Part shown: positions 39,519 to 51,550 of the stretch, piece by piece
How the letters are laid out: every line of letters starts with the position of its first letter
Numbering within the stretch: the first letter of the stretch is position 1
Source of the DNA: Chiloscyllium plagiosum
Lineage: Eukaryota
DNA length: 64,000 nucleotides
Reading direction: 5' to 3'
Assembly: GCF_004010195.1 (NCBI RefSeq)
Contig: NC_057719.1
Location: 51,188,608 to 51,252,607 of the forward strand
Program-made: the position numbers and the translations under genes
The notes under the pieces: generated by a model
Told to the model about the DNA's origin: nothing
The model's input: only the letters and a program-made list of their open reading frames with translations
Databases searched by the model: none

Positions 39519-40390
39519 CTTATTGTCAGTTATACTATACAATGAACAACACATTAACATACAGTGAAAAGCTTCAACTGTCACCTCAATCCAGCATCAT
39601 TCGAATATTTCAAGAATAAAATGTAGAAGACGATAAAACTGAAAGGAATCCATCTTCGCTCTGTTGCTTCCACCATGAGTCCCAAGCTCTGAACTGGCTG
39701 ATTAATGATGCCCGTTCCACCACCAGTGCCAGACCCATCAATATCAGAGACACCATTCTTCAGGCACCATCTCTTCATTGTTGGGCCCACCCTGCAGATG
39801 GGCCATCAATGCCAGGTCTTGTCTTGGACCCACACTCACCCCAGAACCAGGAGATCCCAGCTTCACTGCCTCGCTGAAAACCAGGAAACCTTGGCTCCTG
39901 GCTTACCACAACCAGGAGCTGCTGCAACCACCATGCCAATACCCAGGATTCCCCACTCTGAGCCTACTGCAACCAAAAGTCCCTCGCTCCACATCCAGTG
40001 CTGCCTTGCTGATGCCGGCAGTCCCTGCTCTGGGCAAACCACACCAGTGCTTGGAGTCCCCACCCTAGACAAAACACACTGGTCTCCACAGTCTCTGCTC
40101 TGGGCATACCACACCGGTGCCTGGTGTCCCCACTCTGGGCATACCACACCGGTGCCTGGTGTCCCCACTCTGGGCATACCACACCGGTGCCTGGGCTCAT
40201 CACAACCAGGAGTCCATGGCTCCACTGCTAGGACAGGATGCCATCTCACCCAGGGTCCTGCTCCAGTCGCAATGTCACCCCCTCCGCTGCCATTGATGGG
40301 AAAAAGATCAAGTAAAAGAAAAAGGAAGAAGACAAAAATGTAAGGAAAGAAAGGAGGAAATGGCCTTGGAGCCTGAACGCTGCCTACCTT
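39519..40390 (-). mobile_element. Probable non-autonomous non-LTR element with an internal GC-rich minisatellite
   Basis: The minus-strand 3' end agcttttcactgtatg...tgacaataa resembles Rex1/Babar-type tails. The body is sharply GC-richer than its flanks. Confidence 0.4.
40028..40194. repeat. 35-bp minisatellite, about 4.8 units
   Basis: Unit ctctgggcataccacaccggtgcctggtgtcccca is identical at 40098 and 40133, partial at 40168, and diverged at 40028 and 40063. Confidence 0.9.
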
Positions 40391-40704
40391 GCAAATGAGG
40401 TAAGCAAGTCAATTTAAATATTGACAGGCCAAGTGCTTTTGCACTTAGGTCCTCTGATGAAAATACTGTTGATTGTTCACACTCATCTTAAGTCTAGAAG
40501 TGGAGTTTGAACCTCCAGACCTGCTGACTCAGAGGTGAGAATACTATTATTAATCCAGGTGACCCTGCAGTGACAATGGAGATGTGTTGACCAAACGTAA
40601 CAATACGTCTGAATTAACTGACTATTAGCTTTGTTTCCTCATACACTTGCTATTAAGAGAAAGGGTCAATGAGCTTGTATAAACAAACCTGTTGAAAAGT
40701 TATC

Positions 40705-41880
40705 AATGACCAAGCATGTAGATGAGGATAGGGCAGTGGATGTGGTATACATGGTAGGCTCTTGGAGAAAATGCATAGGCATGGAATTGAGGGTGATTTA
40801 GTAGTTTGGATTAGAAACTAGCTTTCTGAAAGAAGGCAGCGTGTGATGGTTGATGGAAAATATTCAGCCTGGAGTTCAGTTACTAGTGGTGTGCCACAAG
40901 GATCTGTTTTGGGACTATTGCTGTTTGTCATTTTTATAAATGACTTAGATGCAGGCATAGGTGGATAGATTAGTAAATTTGCAGATGACACTAAAGTCGG
41001 TGCAGTAGTGGACAGTGTGGAAGAATGTTACAGGTTGCAGGGGGACTTGGATAAACTGCAGAATTGGGCTGAGATGTGGCAAATGGAGTTCAATGTAGCT
41101 AAATATGAGGTGATGCACTTTGGGAAAAATAACAGGAAGGCAGAGTACTGGGTCAATGGAAAGGTTCTTGGTAGTGTGGATGTGCAGAGAGATCTTGGAG
41201 TCCATGTGCATAGATCCCTGAAAGTTGCCACCCAGGTTGATAATTCTGTTAAGAAGGCATACAGTGTGTTAGGTTTCATTGATGGAGGGATTGAGTTCCA
41301 GAACCGCAATATCATGTTGCAACTATATAAAACGCTAGTGCGACCACACTTGGAATATTGTGCACAGTTCTGGTCGCCATATTTCGGGAAGGACGTGGAA
41401 GCATTGGAAAAAGTGCAAGGAAATTTACCACGATGTTGCTTGGTCTGGAGGGAATGTCTTGTGAGGAAAGGCTGAGAGACTTGGGTCTGTTCTCATTGGA
41501 AGGAAGAAGGCTAAGAGAGGATTTGATAGAGACATACAAGATGATCAGAGGATTAGATAGGCTAGATATTGCAAGTCTTTTTCCGAGGTTGATGATGACA
41601 GCTTGTACGAGGGGGTATAACTACAAATTGAGGGGTGATAGATTTAAGACAGACATCAGAGGCAGGTTCTTTACGCAGAGAGTGGTAAGGGCGTGGAATG
41701 CCTTACCTGTTGATGTCGTGAACTCAGCCACATTAGGGAGATTTTAAACAATCCTTAGATAAGCACATAGATGATGATGGGATAGTGTAGGGGGACAAGC
41801 TGAGAATAGTTCACAGGTCGGCACAACATTGAGGGCCGAAGGGCCTGTTCTGCTCTGTATTGTTCTATGTTCTATGTCCT
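40705..41880 (+). mobile_element. 5'-truncated CR1 LINE (subfamily distinct from 3849-5052)
   Basis: Reads [44 protein letters not shown] and FFTQRVVRAWNALP, with a (tgttcta)n tail. Confidence 0.95.
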
Positions 41881-43219
41881 ATAACACTGGAGGTAGAAGG
41901 CTGTACATGAGGCTGTAAAGTCAGGGGTGAGTTAGGTTGTTGAGAATAGGTTTATTATTGTGGAAGTCACTGCAGAAATAAAGCAATTACATGGATTCAA
42001 TACCCCAGATGTAACTAAGGTCATTCCAAAGCTTCTGGGGTCTCAAATCTCAATGGATCCTTTCCTAATTTGATTTATTTGTATTTTTCAGTAGTTGCTT
42101 AAGTCTTTATACTCAAAAAAACTTCCTTTAGATAAAAACATCTCCAATGAACTCTATTAAAGTTGGACAAATTGATACTCCTGATGCCTCCAGAAGTAGA
42201 TTACAGCAATTTGAAGCCCAAAGGAAATTTCCTGCTCTTCCAAGCATACAATGATCAGCATGCTGCATTTGCCAAATGAGAAAAGTACCAAGTTAGCCTG
42301 ATGACTTTGCTATTTTTATTTTGTTGAGCAGAAGATGCCATCCCTAGATGAGCCTAGAGGTGGCTCACCGCTCCTTGGAGGCAGCAAGATCAAATGGCTC
42401 AGCTGTCAGGCAGACTTGTAGCAAGAATCCAACTGCAGAGGACATTAGGAAGAGGGAAAGCAGAAGCTGGCAGCAGCCCACAATTTTTAATGTGGAGCCG
42501 GGATGATCACTGCTCCCCATTGCATAATGCTGTATCAGAATCTCATGCAGCCATTTTATGCTATAAAATGGATGCAACACTAGCCAATTTTAAGACCAGT
42601 ATTTCAGGTTGAGAAAACTATCTAAATCCTGTTAGCTCTCAGTTAAATTGAATTATTCTTCATAATGTTTACTCAGCTCACATTTTCTTTTAATAGACCA
42701 AGTAATGTAAATGTCCAGTTAGTCAATGAGGATCTGTGAGTGATTTGTTGAGAAAAATGTATATTTTTGGAATATAACTTGGGGATTAACGTTATTCAAT
42801 AAAAATTAAACTATCCATTGAGAAGCTAGTACAAAGTGTTATTACTCAATGGGGTGGCAACACTGGAAACTATTCCCATAATCTTCAGAAAAGTTAAAGG
42901 TTTTATAAAGAACACAAAGTTCCCTATAGTTTATCTAAGGTTCATACTGAAATTGATAGAAAGCACAGATCAGGTTCTTGTTCTGAACAGGAATGTCTTT
43001 TTTTTTACAAGTAATTAGACTTTACCTACAGGTTGTGAGAACCATTGTCACATAATGCTAACTAAAACTTTAATCCTCTTATAAGCCATCCCCTTATATA
43101 CACACAGTCAAAGAGACAGTCATAAAAACGTGTTATGAACAGATGGGAAAGATTGGAAAGGTAGTACAGTAGCCTTTATTCTCAGGTTCTGTTGTTAAAT
43201 TAATCCTTACTACTGAACA

Positions 43220-43350
43220 AAAAAAACTATTGATGCTGGAAATCAGAAATGAAAGCAGAAATTGCAGAAAAAGTCAGCAGGTCTGGTAGCATCTGAGGAG
43301 AGAAAGCAGAGTTAACATTTCGGGTCCAGTGAATTTTCTACAGTTCTGGA
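43220..43350 (-). mobile_element. PLE pseudo-LTR tail with HHR remnant
   Basis: gagttaacatttcgggtccagtga matches 18780-18802 and belongs to the same family. Confidence 0.7.
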
Positions 43351-43724
43351 GAAGATTTTCACACAAACATGTTTTCTGTTTCCATTTGTTGAATCACTTG
43401 ATTTTCTGGAAGTTTATGTAATCATAATGATGCTTGTACATTCCCGGGTCTGTTTCATGGTGCAAAAGTTCCAGGAAATAGTAGGGTAAACTTTTGGGAC
43501 GTTTACATATCTCCAGTAATTCCTTTGTTTTTTGTGCAAATCGAATAGATATTTGAAATCAAGGTTTATGATTATCTTTAACATGTCCCAGTGATTATAT
43601 TATTAGATTCTGAATATTTGAATAATTTTTTTATTGCCAAAGGTTCTGTGAGTACTACCATCCTAAAGAATAAAGCTTAAAGCCAGAGTATATTATTTTT
43701 GAAACAATTCATGCTAATGTGGTT

Positions 43725-44070
43725 GTTGTACTGAGAAAATGCTACACTGTCTGTGAAGTGTATTGGAGGTGCATGATTAAACCGCGGCACCAATGTGTTT
43801 CCCATGAATGGGAATAAAACACCTCATGATGCCTTTGAAGCAGGATGGGGGAGGTCCTCCCAGGGTGAAGGCCAATATTTATTCCTCTGCTGGCAAAATT
43901 AAAGCTGATTCTCCATCATTTATCTCATCTATTTATCAAATCCAGCTGTGAGCAAATTGGTTGTTACATTTATTACTTACAATAGTAATTGCACTACAAA
44001 ATATCTTGAATGGTCACAAAGAACCTACAAGGGTCCTTGTGTTGTAAGCGATGCTGCATAAACCCAAATT
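43725..44070 (+). mobile_element. Old Deu-domain-type SINE (SacSINE1/AmnSINE-like)
   Basis: Contains ggccaatatttattcctc...gctgtgagcaaattggttgttacattt...gatgctgcataaacccaaattcttt, parallel to 58280-58565. Confidence 0.55.
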
Positions 44071-44339
44071 CTTTATTTTGTCATCCAGTGCCACTTATAC
44101 TTTTATGTAATGATAATATGATTTTTGCCACGCTATTATAACATTTCTGTACCATTTTTTCAAATCACTAAGGACCAGTATGAATAAATGGCTCACTCTC
44201 CCCTACTCACTCACACCCTGAAGCAATTTGATAAGCTCGGGAGTCATAAAATCAGAAGCTAAAGCCATAACATCTGATGGCAGTACTTCTGGTGATATTC
44301 CAGGGTCAAAAGAATTCCTGGCAACTCCTAGACCTGGGC

Positions 44340-45870
44340 TATTTTTATTCATTTGTGGGATGTGGGCATCACTAGCTGGGACAACATTTATTGCCTTCTC
44401 CTTCTAGATGGAAGGTGCTATCTGAGGATGTTTGTGGAACTTTTGCAGTACATCCTTTAGGTGGTACACACTGCTGATACTGAGCATCAGTGATGGAGGG
44501 AGTGGATGCTTGTGGATGTGGTTCCAAAGTGGCTGCTTTGTCCTGATGGTGTCAAACTTCTTGAGTATTGTTCGAACTACACCAATCCAGGCAAATGGGG
44601 TGTACTCCATCACAAGCCTGAATTTTACGTTGTAGGTGGCGCACAATCTTTGGGAAGTCAAGAGGTGAGTTATTCACCACAGTATTCCTAGTCTCTGACC
44701 TGCTCTTGTAGCCACTGTGTTTATGTGCCCAATCCAGTTGTGTTTCTGGTCAATAGTATCCACAAGACTGTTGATAGTGGAGGATTCAGTGATGGTAACA
44801 ACATTGAATATCAAGGGTCAGCAGTTAGATTGTCTCTTGTTGGTGATGGTCATTGCCTGGAATTTGTGTGGTGTGAATGTTACTTACCTCTTGTCAGCCC
44901 AAAGCTGGATATTGTCCTGGTATTGTTGCATTTGAACATGGACTGCTTCAGTACTTGAGGAGTCGCAAAAGCTGCTGAACATTGTGCAATCATTGACGGA
45001 CATCCCTCCTTCTGATCTTATGATGGAGAGAAGGTTACTGCAGCTGAAGATGGATGGGCCTAAGTCACTACTCTGAGAAACTCCTGCAAAGAAGTCTTGG
45101 AGCTGAGATGACTGTCCTCCAACAAACACAACCTTCTTCCAATGTACCAGGTAGAACATGCACCAACCAACAGAGAGTTTGCCTCCAGATACGCATTGAT
45201 TCCAGTTTTGCTCGGACTCATTGCTGCCACACGTAGTTCAATGTAGCTTTGCTATCAAGGGCTTTCAGTCTCACCTTATCTCTGGAATTCAGCTCTTTTG
45301 AACCAAGGCTGTAAAGAGGTCAGGAGCAGAATGGGCCTGGTGGAACCCAAACTTGGGTGTCACTGAGCAGGTTATTCCTGAGCATTTGCTGGTTGACAGC
45401 TCTGTTGACGACACCTTCCATCACTTTACTGATGATCGAGATTATACTGACAGGGCAATAATTGGCTGGGTTGGATTTATCCTGCTTTTTGTGTCTACAC
45501 CATACCTGGAGAATTTTCCACATTGTCAAATATATGTCATTGTTGTCATTCTGGAAGAGCTTGATTAGGAGAGCAGCAAGTTCTGAACCACATGTCTTCA
45601 GTACTAGTGTTCAGGGCCCACAGTTTTTGCAGTATCCAGTGCTTCCAACCTTTTCTTGATTTCACATGGAATGAAGTGAGTTGGCTGAAGGCTAGTAACT
45701 GTGATACTGGGGACCACTGGAAGAGGCTGAGATAGGTCATGGACTCAGCACTCTTGGCTGAAGATTGCTGCGAATGCTTCAATCTTATGTTTTGCACGGA
45801 TGTGCTGGGCTCTTCTGTCATTGAGGATGGGGATATTTGTAGAACCTCCTTCAGCAAAGAGTTGTCTAAT
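44340..45870 (-). mobile_element. Old CR1/L2-group LINE (RT and 3' end)
   Basis: Reads HKKQDKSNPANYCPVSIISIISKVMEGVVN, AGVSQSSDLGPSIFSC and FRLVMEYTPFAW. Confidence 0.85.
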
Positions 45871-45876
45871 TGACTG

Positions 45877-45900
45877 ATTAATTAATTAATTAATTAATTA
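45877..45900. repeat. (ATTA)6 self-complementary microsatellite
   Basis: attaattaattaattaattaatta. Confidence 0.9.
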
Positions 45901-46734
45901 GAAGCTTCCTTCTAGATGGGGCATAATGCTCCCTTTGAGCTAAGAACCTCCTAACAGCTGTGTTTGGTCATTGCCTCCATGTGAAATTACAGCCCTTTCA
46001 CTGATTTATTTACTAATTAATTTTTATCACAGACATTGACAATGGCATAAGTAATGGGAATGCATTCTTGGAATCTGCTGGATTTTCAAGAGTATGGTAA
46101 ATACACATCTCTACAAATCTGATTCAGAGAAAGTGTCCCTGATAGCACAGATCAGGTCCCTGTACTGAACAGGAATCTCTGTGTTATTTTAGTGGAGCTG
46201 GTGTGAACTGGAGTTTGACTCTCCATCACCAACAAGAGAGTTTGGTGATGGAGTTTGACTCTCCATCACCAGCACTTTACCATGACCACTTCATAGATAT
46301 TCCCATGCTCTATGACACTCATTTTGCATGCCCTTTCATAACTTTCATATCAACATATACTGCTCCACATGCCCCTGTGTTAATTCAGTGAAAACTCACA
46401 CTAACCCATGTCTTTCCCACTAATCACCCCAGAATTGCATTTCTGGTGACATTTTGCCAAAACCGGAGGCGCAGTCCATCTGTATGAAAATTCAGGACAT
46501 AGTTTATAGTTCCAGATTAAGTGCCTACTTTTAAACATTTAAAGTTATCTGTACAGCATAGTTTAATTAAGTGTTTAATTTATCTCATGTTATTTGTGAT
46601 GGATTAATTTTTTGGCAGCTGGATCTTTTTTAAACTTAGCTTCTACTTAAATATACTGCAGCGCATGAAATGTCAAACTCAGCTTGAAATCACAGTTCAG
46701 GAACAATGCATTTTGTCTGTTACTATTTATATCA

Positions 46735-47090
46735 CAGTGGCAGCAGTGTGTACCATCTACAACATACACTGCAGTGACCCACTAAGTCTCCTTCAACTGT
46801 ACCTTCCAAACTCATGACCTCTAAAGTCTTGAATGACAAGGGCAACAGATGTCTGGGAGCACCACCACCTACAAGTTACTTTCCAAATCACACACTGTCC
46901 TGTCTTGCAACCAAATTGCTGTTCCTGGGTGAAAGTCCTGGAATTTTCTTCCTAATAGTATCGTGGATATACCTAAATCAAATGGACTGCAGTGGTTCAA
47001 GAAGGTAGTTCACCAATTCCTTCTCCAGGGTAATTAGGGAATGGCAATAACTGCTGACCAAGCCAGTAAAAATCACCCATAAATAAAACA
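46735..47090 (+). mobile_element. 3' end of the same old LINE family
   Basis: cagcagtgtgtaccatctacaa matches the reverse complement of about 44455-44480. It ends ...gggtaattagggaatggcaataactgctg. Confidence 0.7.
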
Positions 47091-48175
47091 AAATCCACAT
47101 GAACTATAAATGAACAAAATTTAATGGATTATTACTTCAATGGCAATTATATATTTAGGGCTGCAAACCAAGCCAGTAACATTTAGCTTGGGGGACATAT
47201 ATCCCACTATAAAACAACTTGCACACCTTGATTCTTGGTTTTGAGTAGGGACATGTCAATAATAGAAAAAAATCAAAGAGTTATCTTTTAGCTCCCACAG
47301 TTGCAGTCTCATTTATTAGAGGGGAGAAAACCATGCTTGATATCAAATAGATACCAACTCTTGACACCAAATTGCATGTGTTGTGGTACTTGGGCCTCTA
47401 CCTCCCTGAAGATGCAACTATGATCATTAAAAGACATTCTAATCAGGTATCTTACAAATTTTGCTATAAATTCAATATGGAAGGAAGGAAACATATAACT
47501 ATCCATTTAGGGTGTTCAAAACAAATATTGCTTTTGCAGGAAATTCACATTTATTGTTAATGTGATAATAGCAACAAACACCTGCTTTTAGGTAGCATCT
47601 TTAATATGATAATATGACATCCCAAGGTGTTTCACAGGATTAAATAAAGTTTCACACCAATTCACATAACAAGATATTAGGTGGCAAAAGAAAATAGTGG
47701 TCAGCTATGTGTTGCACAATTCAGGGTTGCAGGAAAAAGCCAGGCATTGGCTTACCTTGGGAGGAGCAGAAGGAACTAAGAAGAGCCAAGGGATCATTGT
47801 GTTGGCACGGGTTGACACTTTGAGCTCGTGGACAATGAGATGGCAATCCTTGGTGGAGTTTTCCAGTAGCTGGGTGTCTTCACCAATAAATAAACCAGTC
47901 CTTGGGCTGTCTCCCCAAGGACTGTCATGTCAAGAGTTACAAACTGGAGCATTTAAACTGGAAATACAACTTGAATGGAACAGGAACAGAATACATACCA
48001 GTTGCCAAGATCAACAAGGTATACAAAAATGGACATTCTAACCATTGGACATGAATTGTAAATTTAGACTTCTTACTATAAAACTACATTTGTGTCCAAC
48101 AATGAAATTTGCTCACAATTATAGCACCTCCTTTCTTCCTTACTCTTTCAGCTGGTTGACTATTTTCAAATCAAT

Positions 48176-48379
48176 GTTTAGATTAGAGTGGTGCTGGAAA
48201 AGCACAGCAGTTCAGGCAGCATCCGAGGAGCAGTAAAATCGACGTTTCGGGCAAAAGCCCTGGCTTTTGCCCGAAACGTCGATTTTACTGCTCCTCGGAT
48301 GCTGCCTGAACTGCTGTGCTTTTCCAGCACCACTCTAATCTAAACTCTGGTTTCCACCATCTGCAGTCATTGTTTTTAT
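48176..48379 (+). mobile_element. Young fold-back PLE-derived insertion: perfect 84-bp inverted repeat, 34-bp tail and 16-bp TSD
   Basis: Bases 48176-48259 are the exact reverse complement of 48262-48345, with a 2-nt spacer. TSD ctattttcaaatcaat is at 48160-48175 and 48380-48395. The arms carry the HHR 3' half GGC-tttt-GCCC-GAAA-CGTC. Confidence 0.95.
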
Positions 48380-51099
48380 CTATTTTCAAATCAATCACCA
48401 TTCTTTTTTTATTTGGTAGGATTGATTACCTATTGCCAACTCTCCTCATTTATGAGCAGTCACTGTAAAATGATCCACCCCTTGTCTTCAGTGGTCACTA
48501 GCTTGAGTTTAAATTGGATCCACTGCTTCTGAAGTCATTGACAGGATTCCATGTATGGATGAACTTACGGTATTGTACAATGGAATTATAATGAAGTCAG
48601 AAAAATCAAACAGGCTTATGTAAATTCCTTTTCTATTTTTGCGCCAGAATTTTCTGTGGTCTTACGTTAAACATATTAAAATATTTTTAATGTAGGGATT
48701 TTGAAACAGTATTAAATTGTATGTTGAAATATTGTGAATCAGTACATCTATTATATGTAACTGATACCCTCTTTATCATAACTTCCGTGCAAAAATTCAG
48801 GCTGTGTCTAGTCTTGTAAATATTGCCAATCAAATCCTTTATGAAGAAAACTTGAGTATTTCCAGTGCCTCATAGTGGCATGACTTCAGAGGTTGTCATT
48901 GCTAATTAATACTTTAGATTACACCTAAATCGACAGTAAAAGAGGATGAGAGGTTAGGAAATACTTGTGGAAAAATAAACTTTAAAAATCTTTAGCTAGT
49001 TATTTTTACATTCAAACTTTTCCAACATCAAATTATGGTTTCAGTGGCTTTTCTTTTATAAACTGTAATTAAATAATGTAATTAAGATTACAGAGCTATG
49101 GAAAATAATAACAGATATAGCATAGACTTGTGTGGAAAATTGCCCTTCATGTTAACATACCCATGTTTTAGAAAGGCAGGCTCTTTGTTTATGCTGTTGC
49201 CAGAACTTTCTTCATTTGTACGCTGGCTACTGCACCAGCTTATGGCTTCATTGATGTGGTTTCTTGTCGTGCACTTTGGTAACGAATCACTTGTTTGAAA
49301 GAAGTCTCGAAACAAGAAAATATGAATAGAAATCCGCCGTTGATTCTTAATCTGGATGTGCGTGAAAATAGTTTTGCCTATGATTATGGAAGATCATTCG
49401 TCACAAAGATCCAACACAAATAATTAAGGATCTTTCTTACTTTCTTGATTAAAATCCAGATCAACCTGTAAATTGACAAAAAACCTGGAGGTTAATAAAA
49501 CAGCCAGTTTTAGTTTGGGATCAGTACATGACATGTCAATGATTTCACCTGTCTGATATATGTCTTTGTTGTGCTCCCAATAATCCTGTGTTTGTTATGC
49601 AATTGAATTGTTAACAAAGGTATCATAAGTTCAAAAGCAGTTGTATCATAGCTCTAGCATTTCCATTTGAACATGAGCTGCACTGGTGACTTCAGAGCAA
49701 GAGCTGGCAATCTCTTTACTGTCCCTTGTCAACATCACAGCATAAACATTTCACATTTTAGAGGGAACTAAGATTAAAAATATTTCTTTCATTGAACAAT
49801 GATACCTTGCAATTGAAATACTTAAATTGTTGACAGGCAGCCGGTGTTAATTTACAAGAAGGCTGCTTCACAAAAAAACCATCAATTAAATGTGAGTAAC
49901 TTTTATATATTTCTATTTTCAGGAGTGCAATTGTCACAAGATGGCATGAGGAAGACTGGCCTACTTGTTGCTCAAAGGAGTTCTCTTTCAGTTGGTTTGC
50001 CTGGTCATTCACTAAAAATATCATGACAATTTGCAGTAATTTGGAGTCGTTCTCATGCACATGCTAAATATTCCTTCAAATAAGCAGCTATTTCATTGAT
50101 GCTGCTGCAGGTAGGGCCTGGACTGCAAGGAGCCAGTATGTTGATGAGAAAAACTGCAACCCCAGTCAGTTAGAAAGGGATAATGAAGGGTTAGTGACCT
50201 TCACTTTATAGACTGGGAAGATGGTTCTGTTTGTGCACAACCAGTTTGAACCGATGCCCTTGATGTACTGTGGTGACATAAATTCAGTTGCTCACTTAAA
50301 ATGGAACCTTTACACAGTATTAGGTAGTCAGCTGGGAAGAATTAGTGAATTTTCCTTTTTCAACTTAGCTATTTTTGTAATTTTGAAACATGTGCTTTAT
50401 TGCCAATTAAATCTAAGACAAACAGTTTACTATAATGTTTCAGGTAGAAAACTGAACACTGAAATGTTTTTAACCTAATATTGCTTCTTCTGCTCCATCT
50501 GACTAAACTCGCAGCCATATTAGGTTGATTTTGAATATATAATTAGAGTTTATGTTCAAGATTTTTAAATTGTATTTCTGAGTTTAAGGGTGTATTTATG
50601 TTGCAAGTATTGTGACAAAGTGGCTAAAATTACAGCTTATGGAAACAAATCTCAATTGAATCGAGTTGGAGAAGCTGAAGTGTATTGGGTGTGTAAACAC
50701 TGTGGCTTATTCTCTCCTGCCAACCTTCAATCCCTCTTTGAAGTGACTGGAAACTTTTGTTTCCTGGAACTTCAGTGAAGAAAAGTGGGTGGAAATCCAT
50801 TAGACAAGGTTCCTCCTACTTTTTGATGCCATGGAATTTCTGGAACTTTTCCAAGTATTTGGAATGGGACCTGTGCTACAAGAGTCACAGACCTGACAAT
50901 GTGATACCAATGATAGGAGGAGAGATTTTCAGTTTGGCCTCAGTTTCCTTCTTTAAGAACAGGCTACTTATGTCCCAAGAAACAAAAGATAGGCTTTGTT
51001 TCTTGACCCAAAGATTGGAATATCTGAGAACCACAATGTAATGTGGATCTCAAAAGTAAAATTAAAAATCTTTTATGAAGTATGAGCGTTGCTACCTTA

Positions 51100-51550
51100 G
51101 TGAAAATATCTTGTTCATCCCTCATTGCCCTTGAAAAAGCCACTGAAGTGCTACAGTCCATCTGGTGCAAGTACATATACAATGCTGTTAGAAACTAAGC
51201 TCCAAGGTTTTGATCAACTGAAAGAATGGCAAAACAGTTTCAAGATAGAATGGTACATGACTTGGAAGGGAACTTGCAGATTGTGGTGTTCCCTTGCTTC
51301 TGTTGGCTTTTTTTTGATGGCAGATAGCATGGGTTTGAAAGGTGCTATCGAAGGAAGCATAATAAGTTGCTACAATGCATCTATTCCCTTAGTACACTGT
51401 TGCCTCCTTGCGTCATTGCTGGAGGAAGTCAACGTTTAAGTTGGTGGAATGGCTGCCAATCTACTGGACTTGTGAGCACGGCTGGAACCCCATTCATTCA
51501 GGAAAGTGGAGAGAATCCTATTACATCCCTGATTTATGTCCTGTAGATGG
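51100..51550 (-). mobile_element. Old LINE 3' fragment (family of 44340-45870)
   Basis: ttgcccttgaaaaagccactgaagtgctacagtccatctgg...tgacttggaagggaacttgcag is the reverse-complement counterpart of 46735-47040. Confidence 0.65.

Noticed and set aside
40028..40194. 35-bp repeats resembling a CRISPR array
   Set aside because: The units are contiguous with no unique spacers, there are no cas genes and the context is eukaryotic.
39705..40343. 212-aa Pro-rich ORF
   Set aside because: It is explained by GC-rich repeat sequence; overlapping ORFs exist on both strands and no domain is recognisable.
48643..48802. Possible small MITE with gcc(a/t)gaatttt termini
   Set aside because: The inverted ends are short and imperfect with no clear TSD, which is too weak to call.
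49923..50110. Strong acceptor/donor pair on the + strand
   Set aside because: All three frames contain stops and there is no independent support.
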